Notes under the pieces: model-generated
The model's input: only the letters and a program-made list of their open reading frames with translations
Databases searched by the model: none
Told to the model about the DNA's origin: nothing
DNA from: a virus
Direction: 5' to 3' (one strand)
Length of the DNA: 64,000 nt
IMG/VR virus record: IMGVR_UViG_3300021961_000025
Position numbers and translations under genes: made by a program
Part shown: piece after piece, positions 16,929 through 25,746 of the stretch
How the letters are laid out: each line of letters begins with the position of its first letter
Numbering within the stretch: the stretch's first letter is position 1

Positions 16929-16967
16929 ATACAGGCAAAAATAATTCAAAATATATGAAGAAAAGTG

Positions 16968-16996
16968 TTGACTTTTTGTAAATATTGTGGTATAAT
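16968..16996 (+). promoter_or_regulatory. Early sigma70-type promoter
   Basis: TTGACT-N17-TATAAT with extended -10. Confidence 0.9.
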
Positions 16997-17002
16997 ATAC
17001 TT

Positions 17003-17515
17003 ATGAAAATGGAAAATATGATGAAAAACGTGAAAAAAATATACTTAGACATGGATGGCGTTATCGCCGATTTTGATAAACATTACTTTGCAGGTGGTAA
17101 GTCATTCTTATACGATGACTTTAGGGATCAAGTCCTTAATAAAAATCTGTTTAGGCAACTACCTTTGATGCCTGATTATGAAAAGTTTATCGCAGGTGTG
17201 TTAGAGATTGCACACGATAATGGATTTGAAGTTGAAATCTGTTCTTCGACTCATACTTTAGATCCTGAAATGATGAAGATTGCTAGTGATCAAAAAAGCT
17301 GGTGGTTGAAAAATGTAGCGATGCTGAAGTCGATGCCTGCAAACTTTGTTGAACGTAGATCGGCAAAAGCGAAATTCGCAAATGAAAAAACGATTCTAAT
17401 TGACGATTCTATAGAATGTATTAACTACTTTAAAGAGGGTGGTGGTAATGCGATCTGTCATCAAGACGTAGATACTACTCTTACTCTTCTAAAAGAAATG
17501 GTGAAATCGATTTGA
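17003..17515 (+). CDS. HAD-family 5'(3')-deoxyribonucleotidase
   Basis: IYLDMDGVIADF...ILIDD motifs. Confidence 0.85.
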   Translation: MKMENMMKNVKKIYLDMDGVIADFDKHYFAGGKSFLYDDFRDQVLNKNLFRQLPLMPDYEKFIAGVLEIAHDNGFEVEICSSTHTLDPEMMKIASDQKSWWLKNVAMLKSMPANFVERRSAKAKFANEKTILIDDSIECINYFKEGGGNAICHQDVDTTLTLLKEMVKSI

Positions 17516-18111
17516 ACATATTCTACTTAGATCCTAATCCAAAACTATGTGCTGAATATCATTGCGACAAACACGTCGTTAAGATGATTATTGAATATGC
17601 ACAATTGCTTTCCACTGCACATCGTGTTATTGATGGTACGCAATGGGAAGGTAAATCTATTAGTGGAAGACGTATTGCTCGTTGGAAACATCCAGATCCA
17701 ATAATGGATTCAGAGTTATATTTGGCATCACACATTAAACATCCTAGTGGTATTTGGTGTCGTGAAAACGAAAAGAATTATACTTGGTTGTATACTCTTT
17801 GGATTAATCTTTGCCACGAATATACTCATCGTTATGGTAAGGTGCATCTTACTGAACAAAAACTTTCAAAACATTTAATTAGTATTCCAAAGAATATAAA
17901 ACAGGGTGTATGGTGTGAACCCTATCCTGCAATGGCACATTATCCTCAATGTATTGTTAAAAATGATAGTTTGAAATCCTATCATAACTATTATATTGCT
18001 GACAAGGTTAGATTTGCAAAATGGACAAAACGAGATATTCCTAAATGGTTTAAAGATATGCTTGTTACTGCAATGTCAAATACACATCAGATAGTAGGAA
18101 TTCGTTCCTAA
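17512..18111 (+). CDS. Pyrimidine-dimer DNA glycosylase-like protein
   Basis: MNIFYLD...HCDKHVVKMI.E.AQLLSTAH, H..HP..W, EYT.RYGK.H. Confidence 0.75.
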   Translation: MNIFYLDPNPKLCAEYHCDKHVVKMIIEYAQLLSTAHRVIDGTQWEGKSISGRRIARWKHPDPIMDSELYLASHIKHPSGIWCRENEKNYTWLYTLWINLCHEYTHRYGKVHLTEQKLSKHLISIPKNIKQGVWCEPYPAMAHYPQCIVKNDSLKSYHNYYIADKVRFAKWTKRDIPKWFKDMLVTAMSNTHQIVGIRS

Positions 18112-18140
18112 ATAAATAATAGTTAATTAGAGAGTACAAT

Positions 18141-18392
18141 ATGCCAACTTACAGTTTTAGAGACAACGATACAGGAAAAGAATTTGATGTCGTAATGTCA
18201 ATCTCCGAAAGAGATGAGTATGTAAAGAAAAACAAAAACCATACTCAAATATTAAAATCAGCACCAATGGTAGTACAAGGACATCGTTCTGGTAATACCG
18301 ATCTCGGAAAGAATAAAGGATTTAAGGAAGTCTTGAATAACATTCATAAACGGACTCCTGGATCTGTTCTTAATAAAACAACAGACTTATAA
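18141..18392 (+). CDS. FmdB-like small protein (Cys-less variant)
   Basis: MPTYSF...TG.EFDV.MSISE; usually precedes phoH in T4-like phages. Confidence 0.65.
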   Translation: MPTYSFRDNDTGKEFDVVMSISERDEYVKKNKNHTQILKSAPMVVQGHRSGNTDLGKNKGFKEVLNNIHKRTPGSVLNKTTDL

Positions 18393-18403
18393 GTAAGGAT
18401 TAA

Positions 18404-19150
18404 ATGGCTAGAGCATCTAGACGTAAAGAGGATGATCACGTAAATCCCTCAACTGGCAGAAAGCCAGCACCACCCAAAATTAAAATTGATCAGTTAGAAG
18501 TAATTAAACCTCTAACAAAGAATCAAGAACTCTTTTTTGATTCATACAAATCAAACAAAGAATTGATTGTACTGCACGGAGTTGCTGGTACAGGTAAATC
18601 TTTTATCGCAGTATACAAAGGTTTAGAAGAAGTATTAAATAGAGCAACTCACTATGATAAATTGATCATTATTAGATCGGCTGTTCAAACAAGAGAAATT
18701 GGACATCTTCCTGGAGATCTAGCTGAGAAGTTAGAGCAGTATCAATTACCATATAAACAGATTTGTACTCATCTATTCGGTAGACGTGATGCTTATAGTT
18801 TATTGGCTGATCAAGGAACAGTAGAATTCGCAAGTACTTCTTTTGTAAGAGGGTTGACGTTTGATGACGCAGTTATTATTGTAGATGAATGTCAAAATAT
18901 GACTTGGGAAGAACTCGATACTATTACTACTCGAGTAGGCGATAGATCCAGAATTATTTTTTGTGGAGACTATCGACAAACAGATTTGAAGAAGACTGGT
19001 GATAAATCAGGACTCTTTAAATTTTTAGATGTATTAAAACTCATGAAGAGTTATGCTCGTATTGAGTTTGATGCAAATGATATCGTGCGAAGTAATCTCG
19101 TTAAAGAGTATATCTTAGCACGTATTGATTACGAAGATAAAGAAAAATAG
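18404..19150 (+). CDS. phoH: PhoH family ATPase
   Basis: GVAGTGKS, IGHLPG, RGLTFD, IIVDECQN, GDYRQTDL, DIVRS. Confidence 0.95.
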   Translation: MARASRRKEDDHVNPSTGRKPAPPKIKIDQLEVIKPLTKNQELFFDSYKSNKELIVLHGVAGTGKSFIAVYKGLEEVLNRATHYDKLIIIRSAVQTREIGHLPGDLAEKLEQYQLPYKQICTHLFGRRDAYSLLADQGTVEFASTSFVRGLTFDDAVIIVDECQNMTWEELDTITTRVGDRSRIIFCGDYRQTDLKKTGDKSGLFKFLDVLKLMKSYARIEFDANDIVRSNLVKEYILARIDYEDKEK

Positions 19151-19153
19151 GAG

Positions 19154-19279
19154 ATGAAAACTATGCTTACATGGTTAATCGTTGGACTTTTTATTGGTTG
19201 GAATTTACCACAACCAGTCTGGGCAAAAGCTGTTCAGGATAAAGTGGTAGCAACAGTAAAATCTTGGGTTGCAAAATAA
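19154..19279 (+). CDS. Small single-TM protein (start 19154 or 19163)
   Basis: Not in track; MKTMLTWLIVGLFIGWNLPQPVWAKAVQDKVVATVKSWVAK; AGGAG SD. Confidence 0.65.
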   Translation: MKTMLTWLIVGLFIGWNLPQPVWAKAVQDKVVATVKSWVAK

Positions 19280-19289
19280 GGAATAAACA

Positions 19290-19742
19290 ATGACATTTAA
19301 ATTATCACAAAGATCGTTAGACAGACTAGACGGAGTTGATGAATCCCTAGTCAATGTGGTCAAGCGAGCAATTGAATTAACTGATGTAGACTTTGGTGTT
19401 ACCGAAGGACTACGTTCAGAAGAAACTCAACGAAAGTATGTTGAGGCTGGCAAATCACAGACTATGAAGTCTAAGCATCTTGAGGGTAAAGCAGTCGATC
19501 TAGTTGCATACGTAGATGGTGCTGTTACTTGGGAATTAAACGTATATGATAATATTGCAGATGCTATGAAGAAAGCAGCAGACGAACAAGGTGTATCTGT
19601 TCGTTGGGGTGCAGCATGGCATATCAATAACATTTGCGACTTCTCAGGCACTATGGATGATGCAATGATGGAGTATATCGATAAACGTAGGGCAGAGGGC
19701 AAGCGTCCTTTTATTGACGCACCACACTTCGAACTTACATAA
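19290..19742 (+). CDS. M15 family peptidase endolysin (L-Ala-D-Glu peptidase-like)
   Basis: FKLSQRS..RL.GV, EGLRS...Q, SKHLEGKAVD, DAPHFEL. Confidence 0.9.
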   Translation: MTFKLSQRSLDRLDGVDESLVNVVKRAIELTDVDFGVTEGLRSEETQRKYVEAGKSQTMKSKHLEGKAVDLVAYVDGAVTWELNVYDNIADAMKKAADEQGVSVRWGAAWHINNICDFSGTMDDAMMEYIDKRRAEGKRPFIDAPHFELT

Positions 19743-19774
19743 TTGCTTTGCAATTTATTATGTAGTATAATATT

Positions 19775-20431
19775 ATGATGAAATTTACACACATTGAACA
19801 TAACTTTCCTACGTTACAAAGAATAGACGGAGAACATGGTAGGGTTTATCAGACACCATCTGGTAAATCCTATCCATCCGTAACTTCTGTAACTGGATTA
19901 CTAAACAAAAAAGCCATTCAAGAATGGCGAGATAGAGTTGGTGCCAAAGTTGCGAACGAGATATCTACTCGTGCAGCAAAACGTGGGACAAGCATTCACA
20001 AACTGTGTGAAGATTATCTATCTAATAAAGGTGATACTTCGGACATCTTTGATCAAGAAGAATTCACACATATTAAACCTTACCTCCACAAAATCAATAA
20101 CATTCACTGCTTAGAAGATAAGCTGTACAGCGATCACTTAGGTGTTGCTGGAACAGTGGATTGTATTGCTGAGTATGAGGGTAAGTTATCAGTCATTGAC
20201 TTTAAAACTTCTTCAAAACCAAAAACGAGGGAGATGATTGCGAACTACTTTATGCAAACATCTGCTTATGCTGTTTGTTTTGAAGAATTATTTGGAAGAC
20301 CCATTGAAAGAATGTTAATTATTATGTCTGTCAAAGATCAAGGCATTGACATCTTTGAGGGTAAGCGAGATGACTATATCGATGGCTTTAAAAAGCTGAG
20401 AATTGAATATAAACAATGGAAGGGAATATAA
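19775..20431 (+). CDS. PD-(D/E)XK exonuclease (Cas4-like phage nuclease)
   Basis: YPSVT, RGT.IH, AGTVDCI, VIDFKTS, YFMQ..AY. Confidence 0.88.
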   Translation: MMKFTHIEHNFPTLQRIDGEHGRVYQTPSGKSYPSVTSVTGLLNKKAIQEWRDRVGAKVANEISTRAAKRGTSIHKLCEDYLSNKGDTSDIFDQEEFTHIKPYLHKINNIHCLEDKLYSDHLGVAGTVDCIAEYEGKLSVIDFKTSSKPKTREMIANYFMQTSAYAVCFEELFGRPIERMLIIMSVKDQGIDIFEGKRDDYIDGFKKLRIEYKQWKGI

Positions 20432-20432
20432 G

Positions 20433-20954
20433 ATGAAACTACAAGATGTTTTATTCTACATGCGAGAGCGTGATGAATCGATCGGTGGAGACAATCCTTA
20501 CAAGTGGGTTTATAAGCATACAAATGATTTGTTTGCGAATAAGAAAGTTGTAATTTTTGGTCTTCCTGGAGCATTCACACCTACCTGTTCCAACTCACAA
20601 CTACCTGAATATGAACAACGTCATCAAGAGTTTAAAGATCTTGGTGTTGACGAAGTTTGGTGTACGTCTGTTAATGATGCGTTTGTAATGCATCAATGGG
20701 CGAAGTCACAAAACCTTGTTCATACAAAGTTGTTGCCTGATGGAAATGGAGACTTTGCGAAGTCTATGGGTATGCTAGTAGATAAACGTAATCTTGGATT
20801 CGGACATCGTAGCTGGAGATATTCTATGTTGGTTGACAACATGGAAGTCAAAGCGATTTTCAAAGAACCAGATCTAATGGATAACTGTCCATACGATCCA
20901 TTCTTTGTATCAGATGCTGACCAAATGATTGCGCATTTAAAAACAGTATGCTAA
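20433..20954 (+). CDS. Peroxiredoxin (Prx5 type)
   Basis: FGLPGAFTPTCS, SVNDAFVM, PDGNG, GFG.RSWRY. Confidence 0.93.
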   Translation: MKLQDVLFYMRERDESIGGDNPYKWVYKHTNDLFANKKVVIFGLPGAFTPTCSNSQLPEYEQRHQEFKDLGVDEVWCTSVNDAFVMHQWAKSQNLVHTKLLPDGNGDFAKSMGMLVDKRNLGFGHRSWRYSMLVDNMEVKAIFKEPDLMDNCPYDPFFVSDADQMIAHLKTVC

Positions 20955-22228
20955 ACAACGAACTAAAACCTTTTAGTCTTGGTGAGAGCAATAAGAAAGT
21001 TATTGCTACATACGATTATTGGATTGAATACGAGGGAGGTTCTAAATCCCTCGAAATTCAATCTGGTAATGCTGCATTTACTTTAGGGTATAATCATAAT
21101 AAACTAAAACAACACATCTTTGACAATAAGGTTGATTTTGTTCGAGGTAATACTGGAGAGTCTTCTGAATTAGTAGATTCTCTTTCAGATTTATTATGCA
21201 ATATTTCTAATATGAAATCTATTGCTTATGCTGTAAGTGGTAGTGATGCTAACGAATCAGCAATTAATGCTGTGGATCGTTACTGGACTTCTAAAGGTGC
21301 ACATCGTCCATACATTATATCAATTGCTCCTTGTTATCACGGAACAACGTATACCACAAAGACATTATCAACAGAATTAGAAAGACCAAACTATAGTGGA
21401 TGGTCTGAGTTTAATAGAACAAGAGTTATTCTTGGTAAACGTTGGGAGGATGTTAAAGACCAACGTGCAAACGAATTATATAAGATAGCCAAACTTAAAG
21501 AGTATCTACAAACACACAGTAAAGAGACAGGTGCGATTATATTAGAATCGATACCTTGGAATGATCAAATTGCTCCCTACAGTAAAGAGTTTTGGCTAGA
21601 CATTGAAGCACTTGTAGACGAATACGATATTCTTTTTATATTGGATGATGTAGCTGGATGTTTCGGTAAGAACGAAAGACTATTTACACATCAGTATTTG
21701 TCTATTCGACCAGATATTATTACCATTGGTAAATCACTTACGAATGGTTATGTTCCTTTAAGTGCTAGTTTACATAATGATAAAGTTTCAAGTATGATTG
21801 CTAGTAAGACATGGGAACACGGACATACGTGGCAACCTACAATGAATGGTGTAGTTGCTGCACATATTTGTTTGATGGAACATATTCAACACATTGAAGA
21901 TAACAAACATAAGTATATTGGCGAACAGTTAGATGCATTAGGTAATGAGTTAGTACAAAAAGGTTTATCCGATGGATTCGTAAGACAAGGATCTTTTATG
22001 GGTATTAATACCTTTGGTATTGACGTAAGTTTAGCTAAACTATCAAATGCTGGTCTTGCAGCAACAACTGCAGCAGATCAAATAAAATTGGTAGTACCAA
22101 CTATTGCCAATGATAACTATTTTACAGAATTAAAAACCAGAGTTTATAATTTACTAGATGATGTTTATGCTTCTAAAAGAGCAATGGAAGAAACACTCAA
22201 AGGTTATATGAACTCAACGAGAGTATAG
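20948..22228 (+). CDS. Class-III PLP aminotransferase (BioA/omega-amine type)
   Basis: SGSDANE, YHGTT, ILDDVAGCFG, PDIITIGKSLTNGY.PLS, HGHTW. Confidence 0.88.
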   Translation: MLNNELKPFSLGESNKKVIATYDYWIEYEGGSKSLEIQSGNAAFTLGYNHNKLKQHIFDNKVDFVRGNTGESSELVDSLSDLLCNISNMKSIAYAVSGSDANESAINAVDRYWTSKGAHRPYIISIAPCYHGTTYTTKTLSTELERPNYSGWSEFNRTRVILGKRWEDVKDQRANELYKIAKLKEYLQTHSKETGAIILESIPWNDQIAPYSKEFWLDIEALVDEYDILFILDDVAGCFGKNERLFTHQYLSIRPDIITIGKSLTNGYVPLSASLHNDKVSSMIASKTWEHGHTWQPTMNGVVAAHICLMEHIQHIEDNKHKYIGEQLDALGNELVQKGLSDGFVRQGSFMGINTFGIDVSLAKLSNAGLAATTAADQIKLVVPTIANDNYFTELKTRVYNLLDDVYASKRAMEETLKGYMNSTRV

Positions 22229-22236
22229 GAGATACA

Positions 22237-22725
22237 ATGACAGATAATGTAAATATCAAAGAACAAGAAGTGGAATCGTTTGATCCATGGTATATTAATT
22301 ATTCCGTAGGAATCCCAACCTTTGCACATAAATTAAAAGATAGATTAATTGCATTTGAAAACTATGATCATGCAAATGAGATTGGTTTGGTAACTGCAGT
22401 TTGTAATCATCAAATTGAGATGATGCACGATATCACACAAGATTACTTTGATGACTCATTAGTAGAAGAACGTGATACAGTAATGACTATTATCTCAGAA
22501 ACTATTCCTGCATTAATGAAAAACGATATGCATGGATTTGTTTCAGGCACACCACAAGAACTAAGAATTAGATATGCTTGTGCTTTATGTTTTAATAAAG
22601 CAGATATGCTAGACAGTCAATTCCTAGAACAATTAAATAGAGTGTCAGAAGAGTCCCTCGGACACGTGTCAAAAGAGATTGATGAAATTGTTGCTGTGAC
22701 TACTACTATTATCAAGTTAGCATAA
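22237..22725 (+). CDS. Hypothetical protein, possibly degenerate AhpD/CMD-like
   Basis: AGGAG SD; weak resemblance of N-terminus (IPTFAHKLK) to AhpD; no CxxC catalytic motif at the expected place. Confidence 0.45.
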   Translation: MTDNVNIKEQEVESFDPWYINYSVGIPTFAHKLKDRLIAFENYDHANEIGLVTAVCNHQIEMMHDITQDYFDDSLVEERDTVMTIISETIPALMKNDMHGFVSGTPQELRIRYACALCFNKADMLDSQFLEQLNRVSEESLGHVSKEIDEIVAVTTTIIKLA

Positions 22726-22729
22726 TTGT

Positions 22730-22867
22730 GTGGAGAAAGAGATACAAGAGTTTCTATCATATTGGGAAAGACGTGGAATTAAACTTCCTAATCCAGAAAT
22801 GTATCCTAAGTGTTTTGAATATTACGTTAAGATTTACAAGTATTACAAGAGCAGAGGAACTGCCTGA
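22730..22867 (+). CDS. Small conserved phage protein (45 aa, LPNPEMYPKCFEYYVKIYKY)
   Basis: Not in track; GTG start; fills the gap before tmRNA. Confidence 0.55.
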   Translation: MEKEIQEFLSYWERRGIKLPNPEMYPKCFEYYVKIYKYYKSRGTA

Positions 22868-22906
22868 TTTACTTGCAAGAAATTAAAGAATATACTAAAT
22901 AATATG

Positions 22907-23145
22907 CTTGAGTTGATGACTCTGCTTGGAAGATACTTGGACGTGGGTGCGATTCCCACCACCTCCACCATAAACACATTTACTGAGTGTGCTTATGATG
23001 GGGGTGATTTTAGGTTCGACAGGTTTACGAAGATCAGACGAGATGACAGCAAAACACAAACGCAAACGAAAACTTTGCACTTGCTGCCTAATTTAGGCTG
23101 ACGGAGTTTCGGTAGGTTTCTTGGCAACAGAATAACCTACCACTT
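22907..23145 (+). ncRNA. ssrA: Two-piece (circularly permuted) tmRNA, tag ANENFALAA
   Basis: 3' tRNA-like half (GTGGG-TGCGATT-CCCAC-CACCTCC-A-CCA, ends 22970) precedes 5' half GGGGGTG (23000) with G3.U70; tag ORF 23062-23091; terminal hairpin 23111-23141. Outer ends approximate. Confidence 0.92.
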
Positions 23146-23170
23146 TATTAACTTTTATAATAGGAGAACG

Positions 23171-23470
23171 ATGAGACCAAATAATAGAAACTTTCGAGGT
23201 GGAAACAAATTCGGCAACAAACATTTCGACAACAAGAGAAATAGCCGACCAGAAAGACCGAGAGAGCAAGGACTCATGGTTTATGTTGAAGATAATAACA
23301 TTGAAAAAGCGATCCGTAAATTAAGACGTAAAGTAGATCGTTCAGGTTTGATGCGTGATATTAGAGAAAAACAATATTATTCTAAACCTAGCGAAATACG
23401 TAAAGAGGCAAAGAAACAAGCCATCAAACGTTTTAAGAAAAACCAAAAACTTAGAGAAGAATTGAGATAA
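23171..23470 (+). CDS. rpsU: Phage-encoded ribosomal protein bS21 with N-terminal extension
   Basis: V.V...NIEKAIRKLRRKV...G...D.R...YY.KPSE.R. Confidence 0.9.
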   Translation: MRPNNRNFRGGNKFGNKHFDNKRNSRPERPREQGLMVYVEDNNIEKAIRKLRRKVDRSGLMRDIREKQYYSKPSEIRKEAKKQAIKRFKKNQKLREELR

Positions 23471-23476
23471 GAAATT

Positions 23477-23770
23477 ATGGCAGACAAAGACAAACAGGTA
23501 GATGTTTCTCAGCTGAAATTCAATAAAGATATGAATCTTGGTAAGAAAGATCCTAAGAAATACTCCCCTACTGCTATTATGCGTCCTAAAACTAGAACGT
23601 ATCCTGTTGAAGAAATTTTCTTTGACATTGAGGGAGATCCTGAACACGTCATTATGAAAATTCCTGAAGCGATTGCAGAAGATGCAGATTGGAAAGAGGG
23701 TGATACTATCTCTCTAACCATGTTGCCTGATCGTCAAGGATTTGTAATGAAGAAGATAAAGGTAAAGTAG
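23477..23770 (+). CDS. Hypothetical protein with AbrB/MazE-like C-terminal domain
   Basis: IMKIPEAIAEDADWKEGDTI. Confidence 0.6.
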   Translation: MADKDKQVDVSQLKFNKDMNLGKKDPKKYSPTAIMRPKTRTYPVEEIFFDIEGDPEHVIMKIPEAIAEDADWKEGDTISLTMLPDRQGFVMKKIKVK

Positions 23771-23850
23771 AAAAGAAGTGACAGCCACCTCTACTATGCG
23801 AATAAAAAGAAACAAGTTGAAGCAATTGACCAACACAGAAAGGAAACTGT

Positions 23851-24444
23851 ATGTGGAAAACGAGAACTTTAATAATGCCTTTGATAGCGACAGTAATATT
23901 ATCGATGGTTTTATATTATCCACCAAATCAAGCGAGTGCGGACACCAATCCCGATCTTGATCTAGTCTATCCCAAGTATAAAAAGAATGTAAGTGCTTGG
24001 ACTTATGAAGATGTAGAATGTTTAGCAAAAAACATCTACTTTGAATCTGGTACTGAATCCATGACAGGAAAGATAGCTGTCGGATTAGTTACTTTAAATA
24101 GAGTCAACGACTCACGATTCCCCAATAGCGTATGCGAAGTCATTTACCAAGGACCAACCAGTAAATGGCATAAAGAAAATTCTGGTAAGATCGTACCTAT
24201 CAAAAACAAATGCCAATTCAGTTGGTATTGTGATGGTAAGTCCGATGAAATATCAGAACGAACTCGTATGTCTTATAATTTTCAACAAAGTTTAGATGCT
24301 GCCTATAAGGTGCTGTCTGGATACTACTCTGGTATGGTTGAGGGTGCTACGCACTATCACGCAGACTATGTTAAACCTTATTGGAGAACAGAATTAACGT
24401 ATGTAGCTAAGATTGATAGGCATATTTTCTATCGACACGACTAA
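23851..24444 (+). CDS. Cell wall hydrolase (SleB / Hydrolase_2)
   Basis: CLAKNIYFES, AVG.VTLNRV...FPNSVC.VIYQ, CQFSW, GATHYHA.YV.P.W; N-terminal TM. Confidence 0.92.
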   Translation: MWKTRTLIMPLIATVILSMVLYYPPNQASADTNPDLDLVYPKYKKNVSAWTYEDVECLAKNIYFESGTESMTGKIAVGLVTLNRVNDSRFPNSVCEVIYQGPTSKWHKENSGKIVPIKNKCQFSWYCDGKSDEISERTRMSYNFQQSLDAAYKVLSGYYSGMVEGATHYHADYVKPYWRTELTYVAKIDRHIFYRHD

Positions 24445-24465
24445 AAAAGACTAAAAAACTTGCAG

Positions 24466-24492
24466 AAAACCCTCTTTTTTGGAGGGTTTTTT
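24466..24492 (+). terminator. Intrinsic terminator
   Basis: AAAACCCTC-loop-GAGGGTTTT followed by T-run. Confidence 0.85.
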
Positions 24493-24566
24493 GTTATTAT
24501 TTTATAAAACGTTGATTTTACAGGGTTTTTTTCTGAAAAAAAGATGAAAAAAGTTGAAGAAAAGTG

Positions 24567-24595
24567 TTGACTTTTATGTTGACTTGTAGTATAAT
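24567..24595 (+). promoter_or_regulatory. Early sigma70-type promoter
   Basis: TTGACT-N17-TATAAT, A-tract UP element. Confidence 0.9.
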
Positions 24596-24646
24596 AGTCG
24601 GTGTTAGGGTTGAAGAATTCCTAATTAACACATAACAAAAGGATAT

Positions 24647-24880
24647 ATGATGATAAACGTGAAAAAGAAAATTGAAAAGTTGTTGAATCAAGGATACGAT
24701 TCCTTTGAGATCGCAGAGAAAATGTCGATCGATGTTAACGAAGTAGAAAAGCTGATTGCTGATATCTATGATGCTAATGATGAAGCACCGATTCTTGCCT
24801 ATGAAGAAGACGATACTTCTATAAACGATATACTTTACGAAAACGGATTTGATCTACCGAACAACTCATACTATGAATAG
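24647..24880 (+). CDS. Hypothetical acidic early protein, HTH-like N-terminus
   Basis: QGYDSFEIAEKMSI...EV; AAGGA SD. Confidence 0.65.
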   Translation: MMINVKKKIEKLLNQGYDSFEIAEKMSIDVNEVEKLIADIYDANDEAPILAYEEDDTSINDILYENGFDLPNNSYYE

Positions 24881-25160
24881 ACTAATAGCTGTGAAGAATT
24901 GGGTAGTTTCGGACTTCAGAGCCTACCCACTAAGATTTACATTAGAAGTTCTAGCATGGGCATGTTCTATAGGTGTATCAATTGGAATGGCAGTAACAGT
25001 TCCAAACCCTCCTCTAATTATATTTTATCCTATCTGGATCGTAAGCTGTGCTACGTATGCATGGTGTGCCTATACACGTAAATCTTTTGGACTCCTAGCA
25101 AACTATATCTTTCTAACAGGGATTGATATGGTAGGGTTAACAAGGTTAATTTTAGCATAA
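24873..25160 (+). CDS. Hypothetical 3-TM membrane protein
   Basis: Hydrophobic segments; start ATG 24873. Confidence 0.7.
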   Translation: MNRLIAVKNWVVSDFRAYPLRFTLEVLAWACSIGVSIGMAVTVPNPPLIIFYPIWIVSCATYAWCAYTRKSFGLLANYIFLTGIDMVGLTRLILA

Positions 25161-25168
25161 AATAAGTG

Positions 25169-25197
25169 TTGACTTTTGCAAAAAAGTGTAGTATAAT
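25169..25197 (+). promoter_or_regulatory. Early sigma70-type promoter
   Basis: TTGACT-N17-TATAAT. Confidence 0.9.
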
Positions 25198-25203
25198 AGT
25201 AGT

Positions 25204-25746
25204 ATGAAAATTGAAAATGAGGTTTATATGATGGACTTGACTACTTATATCGCAGAACAAAATGCAAAGACTCAAGCATGGATCGATGAAGATCCTGCTA
25301 ATCGTTGGGCAAGTATGATCATTACAGATATACAATTCTGGAATGATCAAGGTATCTACACTGTTGAAGATATGAAACGTCACGATTTAGAAACATACAT
25401 TTGGGATGCTTACAAAGATGCTAATGGCATTCGTCCTCGTTTTATGAATTTCTCTGCTATGTCTACAGAAGAGTTGCAAGCTGAAGCAGACTATCTTTCA
25501 AATCAAATCAAAAAACAAATCGAAGAAGAAAAGAAAGAACAATCTCTTGCAAAAGAGCAGTTCGAAGAACACATTAACTGTATGATTACTAATCATAACG
25601 TAGATGAGAAAACTGCTATTCGTTGGGATATGCAAGCTGAGAACACTGATCCAGTTAACGAACAAGACGTTGAACACTATTACTGGAACAAAGGATTGTC
25701 CATGGAAGAGATTCGATCTTACATGGCTAAATATAAATACATATGA
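25204..25746 (+). CDS. Conserved hypothetical early phage protein
   Basis: YIWDAYKDANGIRPR motif; directly after promoter. Confidence 0.75.
   Translation: MKIENEVYMMDLTTYIAEQNAKTQAWIDEDPANRWASMIITDIQFWNDQGIYTVEDMKRHDLETYIWDAYKDANGIRPRFMNFSAMSTEELQAEADYLSNQIKKQIEEEKKEQSLAKEQFEEHINCMITNHNVDEKTAIRWDMQAENTDPVNEQDVEHYYWNKGLSMEEIRSYMAKYKYI

Noticed and set aside
19775-20431. Cas4-like nuclease as sign of a CRISPR system
   Set aside because: No repeat-spacer array or other cas genes seen; a common T4-like exonuclease
22895-23101. ORFs 22904-23101 (+) and 22895-23080 (-)
   Set aside because: They overlap the tmRNA
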